Shown: positions 1 to 10,900 of the stretch, one piece after another | Layout of the letters: each line of letters starts with the position of its first letter | Position numbering within the stretch: position 1 is the first letter of the stretch | Virus record (IMG/VR): IMGVR_UViG_3300009678_000534 | Span: 1 to 31,994 of that record | Direction: 5' to 3' (one strand) | DNA length: 31,994 bases | From: a virus | Taxonomy: Duplodnaviria; Caudoviricetes | Position numbers and translations under genes: made by a program | Notes under the pieces: model-generated | Told to the model about the DNA's origin: nothing | Database searches by the model: none | The model's input: the letters and a program-made list of their open reading frames with translations, nothing else

Positions 1-804
1 AAGAGCAAGATTACCAGCAGCATTTACTCTATTTGCACGAATTTCTGGAGTAGTAGACCTAGTGAATCCCAACCAAGTACCAGTTGAAGCATTGGTAGCA
101 TGGTATGGAATACCAAGAATACTCACAGGACTAGCTCCGCTAAGTCCAGAGACAACTAGCTTATCAGTAGCTGCAATGCTGGGAACAGACCTATCAAGAA
201 TGATAGACTTGTTAGCCAAATCATAGCTAATGATTTTTGCTTCACCACCTGAAGTACGCTGAGTTGCTAAGGTAGTGTCATAGACATTGAGCATCTGACC
301 ATAGCGCATTAACCGTGCGCCGAAGCCATCTGTATTCAATGCTAATGTGTCATCTGTAATAGTCGTTGTGGTAACAGCAGAAACTGTTCCAAGAACACCA
401 TTACCAGACTGCATACAAAGAGAATCAATGTTTCGGCGAAATTCAGGCATTCCCCCAGCAAGTATGCGCTGAAATGCATCAACTACTGCTTTACGCTTAT
501 CATTGGTTCCAGTCTCTGCAAGCTTAGTCCACTGAACAGCAAACTTTAAATGAGCTACGTTTAAAGTTCCATGCTCAAACTTCGGACCATCACCAACACC
601 CAAATCTCCACCATCAGGATCATAATGCCCGAAGAATCCACCTGGTCTCATTTCAAGTGGAACTCTCATTGCACGATCTGAAACTACTTCCGCATCTGTC
701 TTCTCAATTTCAGAATAGAAGGTATCATCCCTATCAAACATCACTGGTACTTTACCAGAGACTTTCTCCATTTCTAGACTAATGACACTAGCTTCATTTA
801 CCAT
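1..804 (-). CDS. major capsid protein (3' part runs off the window)
   Basis: Not in the ORF track. ATG at 804 with AGGAG RBS; frame open to base 1 (MVNEASVISLEMEKVSGKVPVMFDRDDTFYSEIEK...RVPLEMRPGG...GTWLGFTRSTTPE). Follows portal and scaffold in the usual order. Confidence 0.8.
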   Translation of the reverse strand, partial: MVNEASVISLEMEKVSGKVPVMFDRDDTFYSEIEKTDAEVVSDRAMRVPLEMRPGGFFGHYDPDGGDLGVGDGPKFEHGTLNVAHLKFAVQWTKLAETGTNDKRKAVVDAFQRILAGGMPEFRRNIDSLCMQSGNGVLGTVSAVTTTTITDDTLALNTDGFGARLMRYGQMLNVYDTTLATQRTSGGEAKIISYDLANKSIILDRSVPSIAATDKLVVSGLSGASPVSILGIPYHATNASTGTWLGFTRSTTPEIRANRVNAAGNLAL

Positions 805-806
805 AT

Positions 807-2084
807 TTAACTCCTAATAAGTTCTAACTCACTCATTTCAGAAGTCTTTCTAGGATCTTTGTTTCCCCTAGAATTACTCTTGCTTTTTTCATTTCTATCT
901 TTGTTGCCAGTAAAACTCTTGGTTTTACCTTCTACTTTACGCTTACGCTCATTTCTCGCTTCAGCGTATAGTCTACGACGAGTATCAGGTATAATCTGCT
1001 TCGCGCGGGCCAGGGCCGCGTTTACAATTCTGGACTTTGAATCAGAATTATATGACTGAGACTTCGCCTGCTTCCACAGCATATCAATATTACGTAAATG
1101 CCGTGGGTCTTTCGATACCTGCCTATTAAGCTCTTTAAGGCAGTCTTCAAACATCTTATCTTTAGTCCAATCTGATAAAAGATTATCAGGATCAAATCCA
1201 TCCATAAAGAATGCTTTAGTCTTACTAAGGAATTCTGCATCTACAGTATTCTTAAAAGCTATATGATCTCTTGCATCAAGCTCTTGTAACTTCTTTTCAT
1301 AATCTTCTTGTTCTTTTGTTTTCTTAACACCTGATTCATCTTCAAAATCAGTCTTTGCATTCAAATCATCATCTTCAAAGATAAAGTTATGAACATGCAT
1401 TGCTGCATATTGGAGATTCTTATCTCCCTTTTTAATTCCCTGAGCTAATGCTGCTCTCAATGCTCTCTTAAGTGGGACAGCAACCAACTTCATATGAGTA
1501 GCTTCATCAACTTTGCGAATAGCTGGAAGAATACCCTTCATTAATCTTTCAAAAGCTTCAGGACTGGTTCTCTTGATCGTTGAAAAGAGTTCTTCACTGT
1601 GACCTTTATTAACCAAATCATCCTGAATATTATCAAAAGTATTAGCTTTTACGCTGGCATCCTGTGCTTCAGCAGGATCAGCGTATATTTCAGAGAACTG
1701 TCGTTCCCTTGCAATCACAGCGCGTACTTCAGGATGCTTCTTAAAGAAGTCTGGAAAATCTTTCTTAATATCCTTTATAGTAACAAGCCCAGGCTTCTCA
1801 TCCTCTTCTGTATTTTCTTCATCCTCATCTTCCTCTTCTTTATCTTCTTCTTCATCTTCCTCAGTATCTTCCTCTTCTTCATCTTTGTCTTCTTCTTTAT
1901 CTTCAATGTCTTCTTCTTTATCTTCTTCTTTTTTATCTTCTTCTTTATCTTCTTCTTCATTTCCTTCTTTTAGAAGTTTCAGATCATCATTAGATGAATT
2001 ATCATCCTCACCCTTAGTTCCAGAGAACCCAGTAATATTTCCAGCAGCAGTTCCATCTGGAGAGAAAAACAGCTTCATTATCAT
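807..2084 (-). CDS. capsid scaffolding protein
   Basis: Lies between portal and capsid genes; long D/E/K low-complexity N-terminal tract, helical middle, basic C-terminus. Confidence 0.7.
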   Translation of the reverse strand: MIMKLFFSPDGTAAGNITGFSGTKGEDDNSSNDDLKLLKEGNEEEDKEEDKKEEDKEEDIEDKEEDKDEEEEDTEEDEEEDKEEEDEDEENTEEDEKPGLVTIKDIKKDFPDFFKKHPEVRAVIARERQFSEIYADPAEAQDASVKANTFDNIQDDLVNKGHSEELFSTIKRTSPEAFERLMKGILPAIRKVDEATHMKLVAVPLKRALRAALAQGIKKGDKNLQYAAMHVHNFIFEDDDLNAKTDFEDESGVKKTKEQEDYEKKLQELDARDHIAFKNTVDAEFLSKTKAFFMDGFDPDNLLSDWTKDKMFEDCLKELNRQVSKDPRHLRNIDMLWKQAKSQSYNSDSKSRIVNAALARAKQIIPDTRRRLYAEARNERKRKVEGKTKSFTGNKDRNEKSKSNSRGNKDPRKTSEMSELELIRS

Positions 2085-4300
2085 TCTCCTACATTAGAAA
2101 TTGGCTTTTCACCAGCATTACTATTTCCAACTGGTTCCGCCGTATTAATAACTTGAGCCTGTTGATGTTCCAAATAATGTTGAATTAATAGTTGGTATGT
2201 TTCTGGTGATGTTTTATAAATATTCATTCCCTGTGGGGAAGTTAAATAATGCTTGAGCACTCTCATATGAACAGGATGATCATCTATTTCTAGATCAATT
2301 GGAACAGGAGCCTGAGTTTCAATAATTTCATAAATTTCTGCAAACTGTTTATTCCTGTCATTCTCACCAGGTATATAAAGGTCATGCATTCCAGATGCCA
2401 TTTTAAGTAACTGAGCATTCTCAGGTGCAAGAACTACAGCATTTATAACTGGATCTTTCATTTCTAACATACGTACTAATAATTGCCAGACTTGCTCCAT
2501 ACTCTGAGGAAGAGTTTCAGCATTTTCAGGCTCAACTTGTCCAATTTTTCCAGTAAGATTATCCTTTCTAATCCACTCATTAATATACTTACCATTGACT
2601 TTAGTTACATTCTTCTCATCTACTTTCATCCTTTCAGCGTATAGAATAGTAGATTTTCCAAGAGTTCCAATCCAAAGATCCACAAGCTTCTTATATGTTA
2701 ATGTGAGCCTTTGAAGTGCTCGTGAACCTGATTTCTCATATTCATATGCAGTCTTCCCACCCTCTTGCTCTCCACCAAATAAAGCAGGAAAGTCTCCTAC
2801 TGCAAATTGACCCATCTTTTCAAGACGATTATGAAATATATCTACTTCCTGACCAAGTGTTGCTGGTTTAGTCTGATAGAATCCATCAGATATACTTTTA
2901 CCAGGTTGTGCTTTGACCGCTGTGAGCATTCCTGGTTTAGCAGCTTCATTAGCATATTTTTGTAAATCAACAACTTTACTATCTACATAGTTCTCAGAGA
3001 TACCATACTCAATTGTCTGCATTGAAAGATCAAATAAATCATTCTCTGCTTCTTGTACACTAATTAATTGCTTACCCATTGGTTCACCATGAATGAACTC
3101 ACTTAATGGGTCAAATGAAATAGTCCAATGCTTATCTAAATCTTGATCTTCAATAGCAACAAGTAAATCATCTACGAATAAACATGCACAACCATTGGGA
3201 AAATTTTTATTACAATAATCTCTACAATCTTCTTCCTTGAATATCCAATACATCCAAGGGCGAAGCCACAGTGCCTTCATTGTATTAAGATTCTTAGGAA
3301 TTGTTCCATTATATTGTGATGATAATCTTGTATGCCTTTCATAGAAATCATCAGAAATTCCATCAGAACCTTCTCTAATCTTATCTGCAATGGATGAGAA
3401 CTGACTCTTAATCATTGCATAATGACTATCTATCTTAAATAATAAATAGCCACAATCTTCTTGCTTCCTTGCATAAAAAGGTACTTTTACGTTTTTGACT
3501 CCAAAGAAATCAATTGCTACTCTTCCTTTTGGACTTTCATTGTATCCAGTAATACGTTCAATTGTTTCTTCACCCTCAAGAACTTCAGGTATTAAAGTCA
3601 AACCACACGCTGAACATGTAATTGGAGATGTTGGCTTTGTCTCCTTAACATGACCCATTAAATTTCCACAATTCTGACAGTATACATCATATGAAAATAT
3701 CTTGCGCTGTTCTGTTATTGGAGTACTTATACTGCCAAACTTAGGATCAGTCCTATAATAGTTGTAACCAAATACAGTTCCAGAATGCCAAAGTAAAGAA
3801 AGACAACGAATTAAAAGTAATGGACTTTTATTATGCTTCTGAATCAACTTAACGATATGATTATATGCATCTGCTGTTTGAATATCATTAGGATCTTCAG
3901 CATCATCAGGAAAAAAATTAACTCCAGGAAGCTTAACACTGAGAGCAGCAATAATGCTTTCCATATGAGGGCGTGTGATGTTAATATTTTTCCTGTCATC
4001 TACATCTTCTAAATCCTCTTCATCAAGCTGCCTATAATCACGCGCTGCTTCATCCCAATAAATATCATAAATTCCACGGGAGTATTCCTCAATCAACCGG
4101 CATAGCCGGATAGATTCAGTACGAACTTCATCATCCTCTTTCTCACACTCAGAAAGAAGATTCATCAATTCATCTTCTACTTCTTTAGGAACAATTTCTT
4201 CCTCTTCATCTGTAGTTTCTTCTACAGATTCTTCAGGAATTACTTCTTCCCCAGGAATAACTTCTTCCTCAGGAATAGCTTGTTCAATAAGTTTAGGCAT
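2081..4300 (-). CDS. portal protein (podovirus/P22-like) with a CxxC..CxxC insert
   Basis: 739 aa after TerL; NITRPHMESIIAAL...FFPDDAEDPNDIQTADAYNHIV portal-like N-terminus; DDHPVH near the C-terminus. Confidence 0.8.
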   Translation of the reverse strand: MPKLIEQAIPEEEVIPGEEVIPEESVEETTDEEEEIVPKEVEDELMNLLSECEKEDDEVRTESIRLCRLIEEYSRGIYDIYWDEAARDYRQLDEEDLEDVDDRKNINITRPHMESIIAALSVKLPGVNFFPDDAEDPNDIQTADAYNHIVKLIQKHNKSPLLLIRCLSLLWHSGTVFGYNYYRTDPKFGSISTPITEQRKIFSYDVYCQNCGNLMGHVKETKPTSPITCSACGLTLIPEVLEGEETIERITGYNESPKGRVAIDFFGVKNVKVPFYARKQEDCGYLLFKIDSHYAMIKSQFSSIADKIREGSDGISDDFYERHTRLSSQYNGTIPKNLNTMKALWLRPWMYWIFKEEDCRDYCNKNFPNGCACLFVDDLLVAIEDQDLDKHWTISFDPLSEFIHGEPMGKQLISVQEAENDLFDLSMQTIEYGISENYVDSKVVDLQKYANEAAKPGMLTAVKAQPGKSISDGFYQTKPATLGQEVDIFHNRLEKMGQFAVGDFPALFGGEQEGGKTAYEYEKSGSRALQRLTLTYKKLVDLWIGTLGKSTILYAERMKVDEKNVTKVNGKYINEWIRKDNLTGKIGQVEPENAETLPQSMEQVWQLLVRMLEMKDPVINAVVLAPENAQLLKMASGMHDLYIPGENDRNKQFAEIYEIIETQAPVPIDLEIDDHPVHMRVLKHYLTSPQGMNIYKTSPETYQLLIQHYLEHQQAQVINTAEPVGNSNAGEKPISNVGE

Positions 4301-4641
4301 TAACTAATACTCTGTAATGACTTCTCGAATATTTCTTCTGCTTCAGTCTTATTTTTTGCAGGTTCGACTTTTTCCTTTGATCTCTCTTTATTAATCTTTT
4401 CTTGCTTCCTTTTGATTGCATCCCTTAGACTCACGTGTCTACTAATACTTTTCATTTCAGTATCTATATCTTCTACTTCTTCATTTGTTAGTCTAGCATT
4501 TATAAAGATAATTCGTTGAAGCTTCTCTTTTTGACTACGTTCATAATCAAGCTCAGCTTCAAGCACAGCGCAGCGTTCACAGTCTGGCCTCTCAAGCCAA
4601 TTTAATATTGAATTTTTCAGAGCTTCAAGTATTTCTCTCAT
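4300..4641 (-). CDS. hypothetical protein (CxxC plus coiled coil)
   Basis: 113-aa ORF translationally coupled to TerL and portal. Confidence 0.7.
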   Translation of the reverse strand: MREILEALKNSILNWLERPDCERCAVLEAELDYERSQKEKLQRIIFINARLTNEEVEDIDTEMKSISRHVSLRDAIKRKQEKINKERSKEKVEPAKNKTEAEEIFEKSLQSIS

Positions 4642-6293
4642 CGGCGGCCCCTACGTTTATGCATTCTTACTCTATTTGGACTATTAGAAATATCTAGTGA
4701 TTCCATCGTTCGATAAAATTTAGTTTGATCCATTCCAGGAATTAAACTCTGACAAGCTTTTTCAATTTTCTTTCTTGTCTCAAATTCATCAATAACTTCA
4801 TTAAGGTAGTCATCTGCTCGGCGCAGTAACATGCGGAGCATATCATAAAAATCATCACCATCGAACTCTTTGACATCTTCTGCTGGCTTACCTTCTGAGT
4901 CTTTGTCATCATATATGCAAGAGCTAATGCATTCAGCTAATTCTAAGTTACTTTCACCTTCTGGACTTACATCAAGTAACTGAAACTTAGGTAAATTAGT
5001 TTCTTCCTTTTGTTCTGCAAAGAATTTGACATATTCTTCATATTTCTTCTGTCCATGAAACTGTAATATCTTTACAGCAAGTTCATGATTGTAACCTTCA
5101 TTTGGCTTTAGTGCAGGTTTTTGAGTCCAGCGCAGATATTCATGCACTAGCATCTTTCCACCTACTCTATCTTTTTCACCAAGCCTAAGTGCTACATCCA
5201 TTCCACCTTCTTCAAGTGCAGTTTGAACTTGCTCTTGAATAGTATGTGGTTCACCTCTATTTTGATTTGCACTATGACAAATTACTGCATCTACTATGTT
5301 TTCATCTTTTGATAAGTTTACTACTTCAGGTGCCCAATTCTTAATTAGTTTTCCTTTAACTGCATATACTCTGTAAATATATACCCTTCCATCAGGGCTA
5401 ATAGCTCCCCATCCTGCAACGGTATAAGCGGCGAATCCCCAGTCAATAGCCAATATTCTGGGCCACCAAAATGGAATAGCAAAACTGGATATAACATGCC
5501 TTGCCATATCTGGTTCATTAAGTAAAGGCTCCAGTCTCCATTCTTCAAACACTTGTCCAGAAAAGGTATACCAGTCTCCGAAGGCAGCTCTCTTTTCTGC
5601 CTCTGGAAGCGACTCAAGTTTGCGTAAATAGGTTGGATCATTCTTTAATAAACTAGGATTATCAAATGGACCAGCAGGAATGTATATCCTTTTAAGTCCA
5701 GTTCTTGAATCAACTAATACTTTGTTTCCACCACGATAGGGGTCAACAAAACGCTTTCTGAAATACGTATGCCCAATATTTCCAGGATTGCTACCAGCCC
5801 TAACAATAGCAGGCAAATCTGGAGAACTTGATCTACAACGAGTAAAAGATAAATATTCATATTGAAATTTGGTGAAGTGAGTAGCCTCATCCCACGTAAT
5901 GACATTATATTCTGCTGAGTCATATTTACGAACATCTTCTTCTTTATCTGCATGACCATTCTGAACTATTGCCCCGCTGGTCCATGTCCACCTTCGTTTA
6001 GTTTCATTATATGTTGCACCAGATGGTGCATACCATTCTTTCTGACGAATGATAATTTCTTGTTCTAAGTCTGTAAAGTTTCGTCTTAGAACTAGCTGCT
6101 TAAACTTAGGATGCTCAGTAAACTGCCTAATTAATGGCAGCATCATTAAGGTATCCGTCTTACCTGGACCCTTAGAACCTGCGAAGAAACCCTCAAAAAT
6201 TGAATCAGGAATTGATAGAAAATGTGCTTGCTTTGGATATGGCTTCCACACTTTCTCTATTACTGATTCTGCATTACCTTCCTGTAAGCTCAT
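4638..6293 (-). CDS. terL: terminase large subunit
   Basis: Q motif (PYPKQ), Walker A GSKGPGKT, Walker B WDEATHF, GSNPG coupling motif, RNase H-like AIDWG. Confidence 0.93.
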   Translation of the reverse strand: MSLQEGNAESVIEKVWKPYPKQAHFLSIPDSIFEGFFAGSKGPGKTDTLMMLPLIRQFTEHPKFKQLVLRRNFTDLEQEIIIRQKEWYAPSGATYNETKRRWTWTSGAIVQNGHADKEEDVRKYDSAEYNVITWDEATHFTKFQYEYLSFTRCRSSSPDLPAIVRAGSNPGNIGHTYFRKRFVDPYRGGNKVLVDSRTGLKRIYIPAGPFDNPSLLKNDPTYLRKLESLPEAEKRAAFGDWYTFSGQVFEEWRLEPLLNEPDMARHVISSFAIPFWWPRILAIDWGFAAYTVAGWGAISPDGRVYIYRVYAVKGKLIKNWAPEVVNLSKDENIVDAVICHSANQNRGEPHTIQEQVQTALEEGGMDVALRLGEKDRVGGKMLVHEYLRWTQKPALKPNEGYNHELAVKILQFHGQKKYEEYVKFFAEQKEETNLPKFQLLDVSPEGESNLELAECISSCIYDDKDSEGKPAEDVKEFDGDDFYDMLRMLLRRADDYLNEVIDEFETRKKIEKACQSLIPGMDQTKFYRTMESLDISNSPNRVRMHKRRGRR

Positions 6294-6315
6294 GTTTCTG
6301 CCAGTTTCTGCTTAC

Positions 6316-6420
6316 TCAACACTTCATCTTCATTTTGGGTTCACCAGTGATTGCCTGCTTACCATACATCTCAAGCAAGTTCTCTTTTCCTTTTTTCTTC
6401 ATAGGCTTTTTCTTTTTCAT
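6316..6420 (-). CDS. 34-aa Lys-rich micro-protein
   Basis: Not in track. GGAGG RBS, MKKKKPMKKKGKENLLEMYGKQAITGEPKMKMKC; fills the gap before terL. Confidence 0.6.
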   Translation of the reverse strand: MKKKKPMKKKGKENLLEMYGKQAITGEPKMKMKC

Positions 6421-6422
6421 TC

Positions 6423-7163
6423 TTAGCCTCCAAACATCTTTGCTACACGCTCAATAATTGGTACTGCTCTTTCCACTGCTGCTGTAGCTGTGTTTACTTT
6501 AGCTAGTATTTCTTTTATCAGTACTGTTTGTTCATCTATCTTAGTTTGTAAATGTGTCAGTGTTTCATTAGGAACTGGTTCTGGAACTACTGGTGGTTCA
6601 AGAACTGGATTATGGAGTAATGAGTTACGCCCCTGACCACAAATATCACAGGTGCCAGTATCTTGCTCACCACCATCATATGTATGATTTACTTTAGACT
6701 CTGGAATTGCATGTACTTCTGAACCACGTATCTGTCCACAATCATCACATATTCCTGTATCATGCCCACCACCATTATATTTATGAGTAGTGCCTTCTGT
6801 TGGTAAAGATTGATTATCCCAACTAGGCCACTTATCAGGAGACTCAAACTTCCATTCAGTATCAGTAATAGGTGGATGTTCTTCCCACATTGCACCAGAA
6901 CTACTAAGAACATCAACATGTTCTTTAGTTGGAAGCCATACTAAAATATCAGCGGCTAATCTTCCTATCTTAGGATCTTCATCACTTCTATCCATTCGAT
7001 TGAGAAGTGCCCACTGATCATTGTCTAGTTTATTACATTCCTTGCAGATAATTGGAATAAGTAGTCTGCGCCGTGCATCTAAAGTTTCATCTGGCTTACC
7101 AAATGCTTGAGGATAACGAGCAGCAATCTGTTTAACTAATGCGCTGCGGTTTGGCATACTCAT
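6423..7163 (-). CDS. hypothetical protein with two tandem H-CxxC-H repeats, Pro linker and coiled-coil tail
   Basis: Repeats HKYNGGGHDTGICDDCGQIRGSEVH and HTYDGGEQDTGTCDICGQGRNSLLH. Confidence 0.75.
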   Translation of the reverse strand: MSMPNRSALVKQIAARYPQAFGKPDETLDARRRLLIPIICKECNKLDNDQWALLNRMDRSDEDPKIGRLAADILVWLPTKEHVDVLSSSGAMWEEHPPITDTEWKFESPDKWPSWDNQSLPTEGTTHKYNGGGHDTGICDDCGQIRGSEVHAIPESKVNHTYDGGEQDTGTCDICGQGRNSLLHNPVLEPPVVPEPVPNETLTHLQTKIDEQTVLIKEILAKVNTATAAVERAVPIIERVAKMFGG

Positions 7164-7492
7164 AATTTTACTCCAATTCTTTCATCAGTTTTCCATTTTT
7201 CTTCTAAAAGAAACTCTATCTTTACCCCAAAGATTATCATACTCCCAAGCCAACCTTCATTTACTTCCATCAATGTGTCAGTTATATGTAGTCTAGGATA
7301 ATGAATGTAAACTCTTTCTCCTATACGAGTTACTTTACCAGGAAGTGTCCAATAGCCAAATACTTTATTTACTACTGTATCATCACAGAAACATTTACCT
7401 TTCCAAATTCTATTGAGGAATTGAAATGGGGGATATACTTTTCCAACATATTCTCCAACTGGAAGTAAATCCCTCTTCTTTTTTTTAGTCAC
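7160..7492 (-). CDS. hypothetical protein
   Basis: Track ORF 7160..7525; likelier start is GTG at 7492, overlapping the upstream TGA (GTGA coupling). Confidence 0.6.
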   Translation of the reverse strand: MTKKKKRDLLPVGEYVGKVYPPFQFLNRIWKGKCFCDDTVVNKVFGYWTLPGKVTRIGERVYIHYPRLHITDTLMEVNEGWLGSMIIFGVKIEFLLEEKWKTDERIGVKL

Positions 7493-7629
7493 AATAGCTT
7501 GGGAATAAATTGAGAAGCTACCCAAAATGCAAGACCTGCTCCAATCAGTCTATACCAATTTGGAATAGTTATAGTCCAAACTGAAAGAAAAAAACATACA
7601 AAAGCAAATACCAAAAATACTAACTCCAT
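7489..7629 (-). CDS. 46-aa two-helix membrane protein (holin-like candidate)
   Basis: Not in track. GGAG RBS; MELVFLVFAFVCFFLSVWTITIPNWYRLIGAGLAFWVASQFIPKLL. Confidence 0.65.
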   Translation of the reverse strand: MELVFLVFAFVCFFLSVWTITIPNWYRLIGAGLAFWVASQFIPKLL

Positions 7630-7630
7630 T

Positions 7631-7954
7631 TTATTTCTCCTTTTTGGTGTTTATATCTATGCTCTCTGTATTTTTCTCAATTGCTTTTACTTGAACTACT
7701 GCTTGAGCTAACAAAGCCGCAGTCTTTTCATTGTTTATTATTACTTGTTTAAGTAAATCAATCTCTTTACCTAATGATGTTATCTGTTCAACATACTTAG
7801 TTTCTTTAGAATTAACATGACCTTCAATTATTGAAGTCTTAGTCAATGTTTGTTGTACAGCAGTTCCAGTTCTCCAAGCATATATTGAATTAACTATTAA
7901 TGTTCCAATAGCTGCAATAAACAGTAAGATTTCCGGAGCTGTATATAATGCCAT
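7631..7954 (-). CDS. single-TM coiled-coil protein (holin/spanin-like candidate)
   Basis: N-terminal hydrophobic helix ILLFIAAIGTLIVNSIYAW followed by heptad-like sequence. Confidence 0.55.
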   Translation of the reverse strand: MALYTAPEILLFIAAIGTLIVNSIYAWRTGTAVQQTLTKTSIIEGHVNSKETKYVEQITSLGKEIDLLKQVIINNEKTAALLAQAVVQVKAIEKNTESIDINTKKEK

Positions 7955-7957
7955 AAA

Positions 7958-10900
7958 TTATGAACCAATAATTACAATAGAGTGTGCTTGAATTCCAGTA
8001 GCACTAAGCTCTTTGAAACCACTAGCGTCTTCAGCTAATGCAACAGCTCCCGCTCCATTAAGATTAGAAGTCCAAGCTAATGATGGAAGCCTATCCATAA
8101 CGAGAATCTGAGTCGTAGACGTAGTTGCCGTCCAAGGAACAGTACAAGTCTCTGCATTAGCAAATCTAACTGTAGATAATGCAGTCGTAGCTTGTGCTAT
8201 CGTTGGAAAACTTTGAGGAATTGCCGCGCCTTGAGTTATGTTATAGATAAAGACTACATTGTTATTAGTTCCCCACTTCATTAATGTAGCACCACATCCA
8301 CCTGTGGCGGACAAGACAGTGAAGATAGGAGCAGACTCACCTAAATCATAAGCAACTACAGCACGTTGAATTGGATTCCACTCAACATCTGCTATACTAG
8401 ATTCAATTACAGTCCTATATTTCTTTTCAACATTATATGGAATGCTATCACCACCATCAGTGGTGAATCCAAATTCTATTTTTGAATCAACTCGATGCAA
8501 ATCAATATTAACTGTTGTTGGGCTTAACCAAAAGTCTTTAACATTATACCCAGTTAATGAAAACCAACTTGTAGTTCTAGCACCACCATCTACAGTTGGT
8601 AAAGTATCCGTCCACTGCTGCATAAATGCAGTCCAGCGTGGGTAGTCTTGAATATGCTGTTGTTCCGCTGACATATAATTATGTGAACGCCAGCAAGTTA
8701 CAAGATAATTACATTCCGGTGTACCATTACCTCTCAGATAACGGGCAAATTTAGGTAATGTCTCTGGGTCTGTAGCCCTAATCCTTGTCATGTTAAAGGT
8801 AATAGTATATTTCTTATCTGCTGATACCAAACCTACATGAGATTGAGTAAATTCATCAACAGCCTTTGGTGGTGGGTCATAATATGAAGTTCCACCAAAA
8901 GAACTAGCTGGACCATGAAGTAATCCACCACTTGTACCAGCAACATAAATTCCATTACTTAAACACACGAAACCATTTACTTTTCTGTATTGTTGTCCAG
9001 GGAATATAAAGGAACGAGTAAACATTGGTAAACCTTCTACATAGAAGGCATTGCTTCCCTCTGGAAGAACATCATTAGCCCCATAACCCAAAAGATGAGT
9101 TATAGCATATTCATTCTTATGCCACATTTGGAAGTCAGAGAACTTCTCTTGTGTATGATCTAATCCAAGATTACCATCTGGAAAATACTTATACCATAAT
9201 TGCGCAGCATCAGTAGCTCTACTATCATTATAGATATAGTAGCCAGCATTATTAGTATAACATTTTGGTAAAGTACTTAAGTCTGTTGATGCAGTAGCAT
9301 AAGGATTACCCCACATTAATGAACGGCCTGGTCCACCTACTGCATTAGGAAGAGAACGAGCACTACCATTAGTTGCTCTAAAATTCTTATACCAACGATA
9401 TAAATTCTGGCGGTCACTGCCATCAGGCAGAACACCAGTTAACATAATGATATGACTTACATTATCAATACTAAATCTTGGCATGGCTCTCCGATGTGGC
9501 TCCTGATTATCTCCATCCTGGAAATATCCTTTATAATCAGAAAACCACATATTTGGAAAGAACCGTGCGCTGTCATCAGTATATGTATCAATCTCAGTGC
9601 AGACTTCCGGAGCTAGAGCACGGAGAGCTTCACATCCTTGCATTCCTAACATTGGAACTGTTAGTCCATACATACTACCTTCAGTAGAAGCTCCACCTTG
9701 CCAATCAGTTCCATAAAGACGAGCAACTATATTTCTACCTGTATTACCGACGTTACCAAGAGTACAATTTAAGGTTGTGGGAGTAGTTCCACCAATCTGT
9801 GCTGCTCTAGTAGTTTCCCAGAGAGTTTTAATAGTAGGGTTAATATTCTGAAATCCTTTATAGTATGCAGTAAGAAAGAAGTATTCAGCTATTGGTTGGT
9901 CAACGTCACTACAGCGCCATCCACTAGTTCCTATAATAGTACTAATATTGGTCGCCATTTCATTCAGGCGAGTCATAAATAAATCACTTTGAGTCTGAGT
10001 CCAACCACCTACACCATAACATAAATCTAATTGAATTAGCCAATCAATAGCAAACTCCCGCCTTTCATTTACTTGGACATTTGCTCCATTAGTATATTTT
10101 AGAAATCCTTTTGATACACTAGTGTTATAAGACTTTGTACACCACGCTGCTCTACTTTCTCCAGGAACATTAGATAACCAAGCTGCTGTTATACCACCAT
10201 CAAAATTACTAACTGTGTCATTAGCAGCTTTAATACCTAAATCATACCACTCACAAGCCATCCTTGAATTACTATCTAAAGCATATGATTGACAAGTAGT
10301 ATCAGCCAGATAGTCAGTCCGCATGTTAGACCAAGTTGTCTGTCTACCTGCGGTAACAATTCCTAATGGGTCACTAGTTGTAGTAGATGCTGGAGTAATA
10401 GTTGTAAAAGAACTTACAGCACTGATTGCGCTGATGCCATATTGATTAGTGGTACGACATTGAGAGTAATAGGTAGTTCCATTTGATAATGATGTAGGAT
10501 TATAAATTCCTCCACTAGCTACATTCCAAGCACCGACTGGAGGGTTTGCAGTTTCAACACGAATTTCAAATCCTGTTGGACCATTATCAGCAGCACAAGT
10601 AAGAGGAACAGTAATCTCTTGATTAGTTGCTCCATTCACAGGTGAAAGAATACGTGAGTTACTTGGAGCAACTCCTTGATTTGGTATAATATGTTCTAGA
10701 ATTGCATCAGCTAAGAAAACAGTATTCCTACCAGTAGAACCACCACTAGAACCAATAACTAGTGTATCTACTGTCTGCATACTCGTCTGAAGTAGCGTGG
10801 GGTCCATCGAGTAATTCAGAAACTCTTCCCCATTAACTCTACCAATAAGCTTATCAGTAATAAGATTAACTTCTAAATAAGTCTGGAATACAGTTCCCGG

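Noticed and set aside
1599-2097. Phe/Ile-, Ser- and Lys-rich ORFs (1599+, 1885+, 1775-)
   Set aside because: Alternative-frame shadows of the GAA/GAT-rich acidic scaffold tract.
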